Assembly: GCA_964558355.1 (NCBI GenBank)
Contig: CAZLDN010000005.1
Span: 10,818-74,817, forward strand
Reading direction: 5' to 3'
DNA from: an uncultured Candidatus Solibacter sp.
Lineage (GTDB): Bacteria; Acidobacteriota; Terriglobia; Bryobacterales; Bryobacteraceae
DNA: 64,000 nt
In this document: in pieces, positions 37,892 through 47,900 of the stretch
Position numbering within the stretch: position 1 is the first letter of the stretch
Layout: each line of letters opens with the position of its first letter
Notes under the pieces: generated by a model
Told to the model about the DNA's origin: nothing
Databases searched by the model: none
Seen by the model: the letters and a program-made list of their open reading frames with translations, nothing else
Position numbers and translations under genes: made by a program

Positions 37892-38878
37892 TCACCGCCG
37901 CCAGACCAGAACACCGGAAGCGGTGGCCAGACCGAACCCAACGATCTTCTCAGTCATCGTGAAGGCCGCTTTCCTGCCGCTGGCTTCGGGGATGTAAAGC
38001 GTGTCTTCCGGCAAGAGTGCGATATCAACCGCCTCGCGCCGAAGGATCTTCTTCAATTCAACCTGGATCTCGCGCACGCCTCCAGCAGCCTCGTCCTTAC
38101 GGTAGATGTAGGCATGATCCTGCGGGTAGGGCGACAGGCCTTCGGAGAGGGCCAGCGCCTTCATGATGGTCATTTGGCCTTCTTCGCGGACCGCGAACGC
38201 GCCCGGCTTTTTGACGTTGCCGGCGACAAAGATCTTGCGGGCCTCGGGGACGCGGACTTCCTCGCCGCCGCGAAGCTCTATGTTCAATTCGGGCCTGCTG
38301 GAGTCCATCAGATTGCGGATCAGGAAGCGCCGAGTGAGCCGGCCCCCGGCCGCCGATTCATCGTCCTGCGTGAAGATCAGGTCCGGACCGGCGGTGTCGG
38401 ACAAGCCCTCGGAGCGCGCGATGGCGTCAAGCAGAGTCACCCGGCCGATAGCCTGGAATGTGACCGGCTTGCGGACGGCGCCAACCACCGAGACGGCGCG
38501 GGAGGAGTACTCGGCCACGGTGACCATGACGACCGGCTTGACGAGGATGCCCTCCTTCGTCAGGACCTCGGCGATAGCCTTCTCCAGTTGTGCGGGCAGG
38601 AGCCCAGCCGCGCGGATCGCCTCCTGTACCATGGGGAGCCGGATATGGCCCTCCGTGGACACGCGCACTGTACGCGTGAACTCCGGGGCGTCATATACCG
38701 AGATGGCCAGCAGGTCGTTTTTCCCAATGGTCTGTCCCGGCAGGTTGGCGGCGCCGGCGTCAGCCATCGGCCCATAAGGGGACGCCGGTCGCGGCGTCTG
38801 CCCGAGCGCAACGAATCCGGACGGCGCCAGAAGCAGCACGGCGATGTGGAGATATGCGAAGGCGGGCTTGCCGCTCAT
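37892..38878 (-). CDS. Polysaccharide export protein (Wza-like: Poly_export plus SLBB domains)
   Basis: Motifs IGKNDLLAISVYDAPEFTRTVRVSTEGHIRLPMV, VSVVGAVRKPVTF and IFVAGNVKKPGAF. The start was trimmed to MSGKPAFAYLHIAVLLLAP (signal peptide). Confidence 0.85.
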   Translation of the reverse strand: MSGKPAFAYLHIAVLLLAPSGFVALGQTPRPASPYGPMADAGAANLPGQTIGKNDLLAISVYDAPEFTRTVRVSTEGHIRLPMVQEAIRAAGLLPAQLEKAIAEVLTKEGILVKPVVMVTVAEYSSRAVSVVGAVRKPVTFQAIGRVTLLDAIARSEGLSDTAGPDLIFTQDDESAAGGRLTRRFLIRNLMDSSRPELNIELRGGEEVRVPEARKIFVAGNVKKPGAFAVREEGQMTIMKALALSEGLSPYPQDHAYIYRKDEAAGGVREIQVELKKILRREAVDIALLPEDTLYIPEASGRKAAFTMTEKIVGFGLATASGVLVWRR

Positions 38879-38882
38879 ACAA

Positions 38883-40130
38883 TTACTGTGCGGAACGGAC
38901 GCCATTTGTGTCAAGCAATCTTGCGGATGGTGCATTTTCTTTCGATTCGGCGGTAGATGATGCCAGGATCGCGGTCAGAAGGATGAAGGTGGTGAAGGCC
39001 GGCAGTTGGTGGAAGGGGTAGTCGATCATGGCGTGAATCATGACGAAGATCAGCCCAATGCCCCACACCGACTGCCAGCCCCGGCGCGCCAGAGAAACCA
39101 GCAGCCAGACCATGAGGCCGAACATCGGGAGCCCGCCCTCGCCCAGCCACTGGAGCCAGTCGCAGTGGGCCTGGTTGACGATGACGCCGATATCGAATGA
39201 CGCATAGGCTGGATAGACCAAAGGCCATGTTCCCATACCGGTTCCGAACCAGACGTGGTCGCGGGCCATTTGGAGACTGCTCCACATGATGGGCCAGCGG
39301 TGGTCGCTGAGAGGGTCGATCATGAGCAGCCTTTCAAAAAGCAGGTCCCAACCCGCGAGGAACCCCCACAACGTGAACATCGCCGCCGAGCCGGCGGCCA
39401 AGAGCGCTGCCTGCCTGCCCCCGATAATCGCCCGCTTCCAGCACACGGCGAGGATGACGAACAGCTCAAGAATCAACAAGGCGACGCCCGATCTGGACCC
39501 GCTCGCGACCACCGCCGAGAACATGACGGCGGCCGGGACCAGGTAGATGCGGGCCGAGGCGCCCCCGGCGAGAGCGCGATACAACGCCAAGGGAACAAGC
39601 AGTTCGGCAAACTGGGCGAACTTGTTCTTATAGACAAACGGCCCAAGCACCTCTGAACTGTAGCCTGTATCGAACAGCCAGAAGGCGTCTCCCGAACCAG
39701 AAAGGACCTGGAGAAGCGCCTGAGCCGACAGGATCGCCGCTCCCCACAGCCAAACCCGAATGAGCGTCCGCCTGGTCTCCGGCCTCGATACCGCCTGGAG
39801 CATGACCAAGGCGGCCACGAAATGGACGGCATACTCAGCCATCGAGTCAAAGGTCAGGAATCGATTGATGGTGGTCCCAAAAACGATCTGCGCGCCGGCC
39901 CAGAGCGCGACGCCTCCGATCGGCCAAAGAAACGGCCGGGTAACGATGGGGTATGGGCGAATTGCGCGCCACACCAGCAGGACAAGGCCAAGAAGGAGGA
40001 ACCCTGATTGGAACGCCGCCAACGCCCAACGGTCACGTACCCACAGAGTACAGAGACCAAATAACAACAGGGCGCATGTTCCCAAGGCGGCTGTCGTGGC
40101 CACGGCCCGATCCTGCGGAGAAGGCGTCAT
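38883..40130 (-). CDS. O-antigen ligase / Wzy-like polymerase family membrane protein
   Basis: About 10 TM segments. Wzy_C-type loop VVASGSRSGVALLILELFVIL. Large periplasmic loop with HRWPIMW. Confidence 0.78.
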   Translation of the reverse strand: MTPSPQDRAVATTAALGTCALLLFGLCTLWVRDRWALAAFQSGFLLLGLVLLVWRAIRPYPIVTRPFLWPIGGVALWAGAQIVFGTTINRFLTFDSMAEYAVHFVAALVMLQAVSRPETRRTLIRVWLWGAAILSAQALLQVLSGSGDAFWLFDTGYSSEVLGPFVYKNKFAQFAELLVPLALYRALAGGASARIYLVPAAVMFSAVVASGSRSGVALLILELFVILAVCWKRAIIGGRQAALLAAGSAAMFTLWGFLAGWDLLFERLLMIDPLSDHRWPIMWSSLQMARDHVWFGTGMGTWPLVYPAYASFDIGVIVNQAHCDWLQWLGEGGLPMFGLMVWLLVSLARRGWQSVWGIGLIFVMIHAMIDYPFHQLPAFTTFILLTAILASSTAESKENAPSARLLDTNGVRSAQ

Positions 40131-41458
40131 TGCCTTCGGCCTTCCCCATCGAGCCGCAGGGCCCGGATCCTGAGTTCTCCGGTCAGGCGAGGAGAACCGA
40201 GCGGGCGCTTATAGCTGAGCCGGAGCCGGTAGAACGCTGCGCCGGGCGGTGTTTCCCAGACTAGGCGGGATCTTCCCCCTTGGTCTCCGCCAACGACTTC
40301 CACCGACGCCGGCGGGACTACCTTCTTCGAACCGAGATCCTCGACAGTCCAATGAAAATGCTTTCCGGCTGGTTGGTCGCCAGATTCGGCGGATTCAAAT
40401 GTCAGCACCCATCGCACGGACCCAGCCAGCCGGACGCACTGTGTCAGTACAGCCAACGACTCAGGTTGTCCGCCCGAGAGTTCGATCTTGACGCCGCCCG
40501 GGGGGGTGCCCGCGAGGATCTCGACTCCTTCAGCCTTCGCCATTTCCCACGAAAAGGCCGGCGCCGCCAACTGTATGCCCGAGAACCCGGCGTCGGTCAG
40601 GAGTCCTGCGTCCGGACCGAATTCAGGCGGCAGCAGCCGGCGGGATTTCATCCCTCGCCAGATTCGGTAAGCGCGTTCCGGCTCACCCTGCCTGATCAGG
40701 TGGTCGGCGGCCAGGGCCAATTGATCCACGCCTGAATTGGGCAAAGGACCGGGCCTTCCCAACTCCTGGAGCCGCAAGCCAGCCGCGGTCAGGGTCCCGA
40801 ACGCTTCCTCCGATCCTGGTTCGGACCGCAGGTATGCCATGTAGGATTCAATGCTTGGGATATGCCCCTGAGGCAATACTTCTGCGAGAATCTCGGGATA
40901 TGAAAGGCCAGTGGACCGGCAGAGCGAGAAAAGCGGGAACCTGTCGCCATGGCCCCGTTCGAGCGCGAAGCGCGCCCATTTCGCCACGCTCTCGGGCCGA
41001 TTTTGGCGGTGGTAGAAGTTGGCCAGTGACCAGCGAGGCAGCCAGGTTTGGCTGAGCCGGGCGGCTTCGAGGTAGAACCGCTCGGCGCGGACCGGGTCGG
41101 TTGACGTCTCATAGGCCAGGGCGGCCTGAGTCATAAGTGAAGAATCATGCGGATTTAATTCTAATGCTTTATCCCATAACTTACTTGAGGTTACGCCGTA
41201 TTGTTCAGCCATGATGGCGAGACGTACGGCGCACTCGGCGTTCGCCGGGTCGAGGCGGCAGATACGCAGCGCCTCTTGCAGTGGGACAGGTTGATCGATG
41301 GCACGCTGGATGTAGGCCCTTTGGAGGATGGTGAATACCAGAGGGGTAGCCATTAGGGCGTACGACGCTGCGAGGGCGGCGGCCAGACGGGATTTGGCGA
41401 AACGCTTCAAAACACAGGGGCTCCGAGCCTGAGTGATTGTATCACCGGCTCTCCTCAT
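40127..41458 (-). CDS. Membrane-anchored TPR-like protein with a C-terminal beta-sandwich domain, function unknown
   Basis: N-terminal TM segment, helical repeats (AALAYETSTDPVRAERFYLEAARL...), and a beta-rich tail of about 150 aa. Its stop overlaps the start of the Wzy-like gene by 4 nt. Confidence 0.6.
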   Translation of the reverse strand: MRRAGDTITQARSPCVLKRFAKSRLAAALAASYALMATPLVFTILQRAYIQRAIDQPVPLQEALRICRLDPANAECAVRLAIMAEQYGVTSSKLWDKALELNPHDSSLMTQAALAYETSTDPVRAERFYLEAARLSQTWLPRWSLANFYHRQNRPESVAKWARFALERGHGDRFPLFSLCRSTGLSYPEILAEVLPQGHIPSIESYMAYLRSEPGSEEAFGTLTAAGLRLQELGRPGPLPNSGVDQLALAADHLIRQGEPERAYRIWRGMKSRRLLPPEFGPDAGLLTDAGFSGIQLAAPAFSWEMAKAEGVEILAGTPPGGVKIELSGGQPESLAVLTQCVRLAGSVRWVLTFESAESGDQPAGKHFHWTVEDLGSKKVVPPASVEVVGGDQGGRSRLVWETPPGAAFYRLRLSYKRPLGSPRLTGELRIRALRLDGEGRRQ

Positions 41459-41574
41459 AATGATGGTGGCAATCTGAAAGATTATTTCTCTTGCTCCAGC
41501 ATAGAACTGTCGATTAATCTACTAGTGGCGGCCTAGTGCTGCCAGTACTATCACAAGCGAAGAGGACCGATCAA

Positions 41575-42450
41575 GTGTTCAGAAGATTCGTAGTGGGATT
41601 GATGTTCGCGCTCATGGCGTTGTCCATGGCGGGGATTGCGGCTGGACCAGTCATTGGCGTTGCGGTTTCGGAAGGCTCGCTTCAGGTGAATCAGGGGACG
41701 ATTCAAGGGAACGCAAATCTTGAAGCGGGTAGCGTTGTGAGGTCATTAGCCTCAGAGGTGCGCGTCCGACTGTCGAACGGCGCCGCGGCATCCTTGATTC
41801 CGAAGAGCGTGGCCCAGTTCGGGGGCCAGTCGATGGAGCTGAAGTCGGGTGGCGGAATCTTCTCGAACGCGAATGGCTACCCGGTGAGTGCGCTGGGCTT
41901 CGATGTCCGCTCCGAAGGCAGCGCGAAGGCGAAGCTCTACATGGAGAACGGCCAGTTGCAGGTGGGCGCGCTTGACGGCCAGGTGAAGGTCAGCAGCCGC
42001 GATGGCGTTCTGGTCGCTCGCGTGATGCCGGGCAAGGCGCTGGCGCTCGCGCCGGCAGCGGTGAGCGACAGGACTTCCACGATGACGGGAACTCTACGGC
42101 AGTCTGGAGATCGCTGGACCCTGCGCGACGAAATCACCAATGTGGATGCTGAGCTACGATTCGTGACGCCGAACGGCTATGCGGGGCGAAGGGTTGTAGT
42201 GACCGGCAGAGCCGTGGGTTCGAATGGCCGTGCGGACCAGGTGATCGAAGTTGCGCGTCTTATGCCCGCGCCCGAGCAAGGCGGAGCCGCCCGTCCCACG
42301 ACAGGGCAGGCGGGTTCATCGAAGCCGGGCTCGTCGGTTCCTTCCAAGCAGGGTGGGGGCGGAATGAGTGCCGGTGCGAAGGTGGCGCTCATCATGGTTG
42401 TCGGCGGTGGAGCCGCGGCCGGAGTCGTCTTCGCTACGATGTCCCGATAA
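41575..42450 (+). CDS. Hypothetical secreted beta-rich protein with a Gly/Ser/Pro linker and a C-terminal TM anchor
   Basis: The preferred start is GTG 41575 (SD AAGAGGA; signal peptide FRRFVVGLMFALMALSMAGIAAG); the track ORF starts at 41536. C-terminus AKVALIMVVGGGAAAGVVFATMSR. Confidence 0.55.
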   Translation: MFRRFVVGLMFALMALSMAGIAAGPVIGVAVSEGSLQVNQGTIQGNANLEAGSVVRSLASEVRVRLSNGAAASLIPKSVAQFGGQSMELKSGGGIFSNANGYPVSALGFDVRSEGSAKAKLYMENGQLQVGALDGQVKVSSRDGVLVARVMPGKALALAPAAVSDRTSTMTGTLRQSGDRWTLRDEITNVDAELRFVTPNGYAGRRVVVTGRAVGSNGRADQVIEVARLMPAPEQGGAARPTTGQAGSSKPGSSVPSKQGGGGMSAGAKVALIMVVGGGAAAGVVFATMSR

Positions 42451-42552
42451 CGGGGCAGTCACCCAGTTAGCTTCACGCGTCCGCCTCGGGCGACTGCCCG
42501 CAGGGGAGGCGTGTGTGCCTCGCCGGTCGCTGAATCCGCCAAAGGGGTCCCG

Positions 42553-43167
42553 TCAGAGTTCCAGCAGATGGCCCATGCGGTCCTTCTTGGTCTTCAGGTA
42601 GGCATCGCTCTGGCTGCCGCGCTGAACCTGGCAGGGAATGCGTTCAACGACATTGATCCCATCCTGTTCGAGGGCTGAGATCTTCTCTGGATTGTTGGTC
42701 ATCAGGCGAACGCATTGGACGCCAAAGTAGTTCAGAACGGCGGCCGGAGCTTCGTAGGCTCGCAGGTCGGCTTCAAATCCTAGCTGTTCGTTCGCCTCCA
42801 CCGTGTCAGCGCCGGCATCCTGCAGTTCATAGGCGCGGAGTTTGTTCAATAGGCCGATTCCACGGCCCTCCATCTGCTCGTAAATCACCATGCCCCGGCC
42901 CGAGGCAGCGACGGTCTCGATCGCCAATTCCAACTGCGCCCGGCAATCGCAGCGCAGGCTATGGAAGACATCCCCCGTCAGGCACTGGGAGTGGATGCGG
43001 ACCAGAACCGGTTCCGGGCCCGAGATGTCGCCCATGACGATCGCCACGACCTCCTCCGTCTCTTCACCTCGAGTGCCTTCAAATCCGTGGATGCGGAAGT
43101 GGCCGTACTCGGTCGGGAAGTCGGCTTCCGCGACCTTCTGAATCTGCAATGGCTTGTTGCCGTTCAT
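42553..43167 (-). CDS. ribA: GTP cyclohydrolase II
   Basis: Motifs VRIHSQCLTGDVFHSLRCDCRAQL and EGRGIGLLNKLRAYELQD. Confidence 0.93.
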   Translation of the reverse strand: MNGNKPLQIQKVAEADFPTEYGHFRIHGFEGTRGEETEEVVAIVMGDISGPEPVLVRIHSQCLTGDVFHSLRCDCRAQLELAIETVAASGRGMVIYEQMEGRGIGLLNKLRAYELQDAGADTVEANEQLGFEADLRAYEAPAAVLNYFGVQCVRLMTNNPEKISALEQDGINVVERIPCQVQRGSQSDAYLKTKKDRMGHLLEL

Positions 43168-43237
43168 TCACTTGCCTGAATCTACCATTCTATAATGGGG
43201 CCTCTAGCCCTTCGCCCAAAGCCGGCGGAGGAGCCGT

Positions 43238-44533
43238 GTGGACAGTATGGAGCAGCAAGTCATTATCCTGCTGGTGAAGTTGGCCGTGGCCGCCTCCTTT
43301 GCCAGCATCCTGTCCCGGTCGTCGCGCTTTCTTAATCTGCTGCTGCGCGAAGACCGGACGACGATCGAACGGCTCCAGGTCGCGCTGGGCATCGCCACGT
43401 TTTGCGCCATCGGCGCCACGCTCAGGCTCAGTTCCGGGGCCTATCAGGGGGTTGACCTTTCGCTTGAAGGCTCCATCGTTGCCGGCATTGTCGGCGGTTA
43501 TGTCTCCGGTCTGGTGGCCGGCGCCGCGTGCGCGCTTCCGGCCATGCTGAGCGGCGAGTATCTGTCGATGCCTTTATACGCAGCCGTCGGCGTCATCGGC
43601 GGACTTCTCAGGGACCTGGCGCCCAGACATGACGAAATCTGGCGGTTCTCCCCCTTCTTCGACCTTTCGATCTACCGTCTGATCCGCTACCCTGCCGAGC
43701 GCCAGCGCCGCGTCTACCATGTCCTGATCCTGTTGTCGCTCCTGCTGGCTGAAATGCTCCGTTTCCTGGCCATGCAGTTGTTCCAGGGCAAGTACCTTTT
43801 CACAATCTATGGCAGCGGCGGCAGCATGCTTGGGGTCGGTGCAGCCTTCCTGACGACGGTTTTCGCCGTCACCATCCCGCTCAAGGTGTGGAACAGCGCG
43901 CGGAACGAGCGGCTCCTGGAATCAAAGGAGCGGTTGCTGGTTCAGGCCCGGCTATCCGCGCTTTCCAGCCAGATCAACCCGCACTTTCTCTTCAACACTT
44001 TGAACACAGTCAGTTCGCTCATCCGCACCCGCCCCGAGGAGGCCCGTCGAGTGGTGCACAGGCTGTCGAGTATTCTCCGGCGGCTGCTCCGAAAAACGGA
44101 CAGCTTCGCGCCCCTGCGAGATGAACTGCAGTTTATCGACGACTACCTATCGATCGAAATGGTGCGATTCGGAGACAACCTGAAGGTTGTCAAAGAGATC
44201 GATGGCAATGTCCTGGACAGCCAGATCCCGGCCATGATCCTCCAGCCGCTCGTCGAAAACTCGATCCGCCACGGCCTTGCCAGCAAGCTGCAAGGAGGCC
44301 GGATCCGGCTGGCGGCGCGAAGGGCAGGGCTAGGCAGAGTCCTGCTGATTGTCGAGGACGATGGCGTCGGCATCGAGGAAGCGAAGCTGGCCACTTTGCT
44401 CGAACAGGCGGGCATCGGCGTCTCCAACGTCAACGAGCGGCTTCACGTCCTGTTTGGGGACAATTACAGGCTGAGCGTCGACTCACGGCCGGGCCAGGGC
44501 ACACGGACCGAGATCGACATCCCAGTCCGCTGA
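43238..44533 (+). CDS. LytS/YehU-type sensor histidine kinase (5TM-LYT-like membrane domain, His_kinase, HATPase)
   Basis: Motifs SQINPHFLFNTLNTVSSLI, ILQPLVENSIRHG and DDGVGI. TATAAT at 43191-43196 and SD GGCGGAGGAG precede the GTG start. Confidence 0.88.
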   Translation: MDSMEQQVIILLVKLAVAASFASILSRSSRFLNLLLREDRTTIERLQVALGIATFCAIGATLRLSSGAYQGVDLSLEGSIVAGIVGGYVSGLVAGAACALPAMLSGEYLSMPLYAAVGVIGGLLRDLAPRHDEIWRFSPFFDLSIYRLIRYPAERQRRVYHVLILLSLLLAEMLRFLAMQLFQGKYLFTIYGSGGSMLGVGAAFLTTVFAVTIPLKVWNSARNERLLESKERLLVQARLSALSSQINPHFLFNTLNTVSSLIRTRPEEARRVVHRLSSILRRLLRKTDSFAPLRDELQFIDDYLSIEMVRFGDNLKVVKEIDGNVLDSQIPAMILQPLVENSIRHGLASKLQGGRIRLAARRAGLGRVLLIVEDDGVGIEEAKLATLLEQAGIGVSNVNERLHVLFGDNYRLSVDSRPGQGTRTEIDIPVR

Positions 44534-44567
44534 GCGGATTGGGCGAAGAGCGGATTTGGAGGAAAGT

Positions 44568-44756
44568 ATGTCGAAGATCGTCCGATATGAGTTCATGGGG
44601 AGCTGGTTCTACTTCTGGCTCCTTTCAATCACGGTGATTGGGATTCCCCTTGCGCTGTTGTATCTGCTCTCCGGAACTCTGCGGGTCGAAAGCGCCATGG
44701 AGGATCCGGAGCGGTTTGTCGAACAATACCGTGCGGGGAAGGTGCGGGCGAGTTAG
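44568..44756 (+). CDS. 62-aa hypothetical membrane protein downstream of the LytS-type kinase
   Basis: SD GGAGGAAAG lies 5 nt before the ATG. One hydrophobic segment WFYFWLLSITVIGIPLALLYLL. Confidence 0.4.
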   Translation: MSKIVRYEFMGSWFYFWLLSITVIGIPLALLYLLSGTLRVESAMEDPERFVEQYRAGKVRAS

Positions 44757-44950
44757 CCACTGCCGTTCACGCTCATGGCGCCTGTTAGGATGAGGGTGCG
44801 CACCGTTGAAGCGGCCATCTCTATTGGGGCCGGGTGGAGTCGCTGGCGCTTGCGCGGAACCGGCCACCACGCAGTGCCGGGTGTGCGAACCGAAATCGCG
44901 GCGCATACGCGCTGGCGTGGGCCTTTCGGCATGAGGCGAGAGTAAGTTCA

Positions 44951-47900
44951 ATGATTCCTCTTTTCCAGTGGATAGGGCAAAGTCGTTTGCCTGAGCGAAG
45001 AAACCAGGCGGCTTCGGCCTGCGTCCGAAAGGGCGTGGAACGCCGCATCCTACTCAAAGCATTCGCAGCGCTGGTACTGACCGGCGTTTTGGCCGCCGGA
45101 CAGGCTCCCCCTCGCACTGCCTCCGTGGTGGGCACGCCGGAAGACGCCGGCCCGCGCAGCCGTTGGATGGTCCTGCTTGAAGACGCACCTGTCGGCGATG
45201 CCGTGGTGGACCGGTCCGAGCTGCGTTCCGGCCACGCCGTGAGCGCCTTGCGGCGTGTTCGGCTGGGACAGGACCGGGTGCGGCAGTATGCGAGGTCCCG
45301 CCGGCTTCCAATTGTTGGATCCACCCATACGCTTCTGAACTCGATCACCGTCATGGCGACGCGCGCCGAGGCCGCCGATGTTGCCACTCTGCCGGGCGTC
45401 AGCCGGGTGATCGCATCCGAGCCTGTCACACGGGCCGGCAACCGTGCATTGGGACTTGTCCGGGCGCCCGAGGCGTGGCGGGCGATTGGAGACATCGACA
45501 AAGCCGGACTCGGCGTCAAGATCGGCGTGATCGACACGGGGATAGACCAGTCGCATCCGGCTTTCTCCGACACCTCGCTGCCTGAAACGGCGCGCCTTTG
45601 CCGCGAATCCACCGGCGACTGCGCCTTCACCAACCCCAAGGTGATCGCCGCCCGCAGTTATGTTCGGATGTTGTCTACGCCTGAGTACCCCGAGGATTCC
45701 CGGCCCGACGACCTTTCGCCGCGCGACCGGGTCGGCCATGGGACGGCGGTGGCGTTTCTCGCCGCTGCCGCGATCCATGAGTCGCCGATAGGCGTCATCG
45801 CAGGCGTGGCGCCGAAGGCGTACCTGGGCAACTACAAGGTCTTTGGCTCTCCGGGCGTGAACGACGTGACCTTCACCGATGTGGTGGCTGCCGCGCTTGA
45901 AGACGCTCTCTATGACGGCATGGATGTCGTCACTCTCAGCTTGAGCTTTCCGGCTGTCTTCGGCCCTGGCGACACCGCGCCCGGCGGCTGTTCCGGACTT
46001 CCGGACGGAACGGCATGCGATCCGCGGGTCGAGTATATCCAGCGGGCGGCGCGTCTCGGATTGACGTGCGTCGTGGCGGCAGGCAACGAGGGCGACAGCG
46101 GACAGTACATGCCGTCTTTCAATACGATCGGCAGTCCTGGAACCACACCCGAGGCGATCACCGTCGGCGCGACCACGAACGCTCACGCGATGACAAACAG
46201 CGTCGCCGCCACCGGCGCGGATGTGCCGGAAGCCTTGAAGTTGATTCCCGCCCTGTTTGGCAACGGTCCGAAACCAGCCGAGCCATTGGAGGCGGCGCTG
46301 GTTGACGTGAAGAAGTTGGAAGACGACGGACAGGCCTGTTCGCCGCTGCCCGGCGGTTCACTGGACGGGTCAATCGCGCTGATCGAGGCCGGCGGTTGCC
46401 TTCTACGAACCAAGGTGACCCATGCGGCCAATGCTGGAGCAAAGGCGGTCCTGTTCATGCGCGGTCCGGGCAACAACTCTATCTTCTCGCCCCAGGGCCT
46501 TTGGTATACGCCCATTCCGCTGATCCTGGTTGGCCACGATAACGGTGTCCTCCTTCGCGAGCACTTCACGGCTGCTCCGGGCAGAACAGTGAGCCTGAAT
46601 CCCGGCTTCGTCGAGTATGATGCGACCGACTTCGCCGACTATGCCGCCTACTTCTCCTCTCAAGGTCCGGCGATTGGAACCGGCGGGTTCAAACCCGATC
46701 TCGTCGCACCCGGCACAGATCTGTATGCCGCCACCCAGATGTTCGACGACCAAGGCGACATGTTTGACAAGTCGGGCTACACGGCCGTCCAGGGAACCAG
46801 TTTTGCCGTTCCTTTGGTTGCTGGCGCGGTGGCCCTGTCCAGGCAGTTTTTCCCCGGCCTGACTGAATTTCCGGAGAATCAGCGGGCGGCCATCCTTAAG
46901 TCTTCGGTGGTCAACACCGCCGATCCGGAGATCTATGACGTGGACAGCAGCGGCGAGACGATCTATGCCAGTGTCGTGGCCATGGGCTCCGGCAAACTCG
47001 ACGCCGAGTCCGCTCTGGCGACCATGGCGACCGTCAGCCCGGCGACGCTTTCGTTTGGCGTGCTCAGCGACGCCAACTGGCCGGTGAAGCGCAGTCTCGT
47101 CTTTCGCAACCACAGCGCAGCGCCGCTGGAGTTGAGCCTCTCGCTCGAGCGTTGGACCGACGACAACCTCGGAAAGATCACCATCACCCCTTCGGCATTC
47201 ACGCTTCAGGCGGGAGCCGAGTCCGAACCTGTAAAGATCGAACTGGGCGGCCAGGCGCCGCTACCCGGGCGCTATGAGGGCGTCATCAAGGTGGGCGGCG
47301 CGGGCGCGCCTTTCCAGATTCCCTTCCTTTATCTTGTGGGCGACGGCGTGCCGCACAACATCATTCCCGTCCGGAACGGATCTTTCACCGGCCAGGTGGA
47401 CAAAGTGCTGCGTGGCGGCCTGCTGTTCAAGGTAGTGGACCGCTACGGCGTGCCGGTACCCAATGTGCCCGTCCAGTGGCGGGTGGTGAGCGGCGGCGGC
47501 GAGATCACCGCCGCGTATCCGTCGCTTTCCGATCCCCGGACTGACATCTATGGGATAGGCGAGGCGACAACCGTGTGGCTGGGAGACCGGCTCGGCGACC
47601 AGGTTTTCGAAGCCGAGATTCCCGTACTTGCGCCGCTCCAGTTCATCGGCCAGGCGAGGCTCTCGCCGGTCATTGAGAGTGATGGCGTCGTGAATGCCGC
47701 CGACGGATCGGCGAGCGAAGGCCTCGCCGCCGGCTCGATGGTTTCCATCCGCGGACGCGGACTGTCGGAATTCACGTTGTGGGCGAAGGGCCCCGAATTG
47801 CCGCTCTCTCTCGGCGGTGTCAGCGTCTCGCTTGACGCGCCCGAGCAGGGCGTCCAGGCTCCGGCCCATATCGCCTTTGTGAGCGACGGCCGAATCGACG

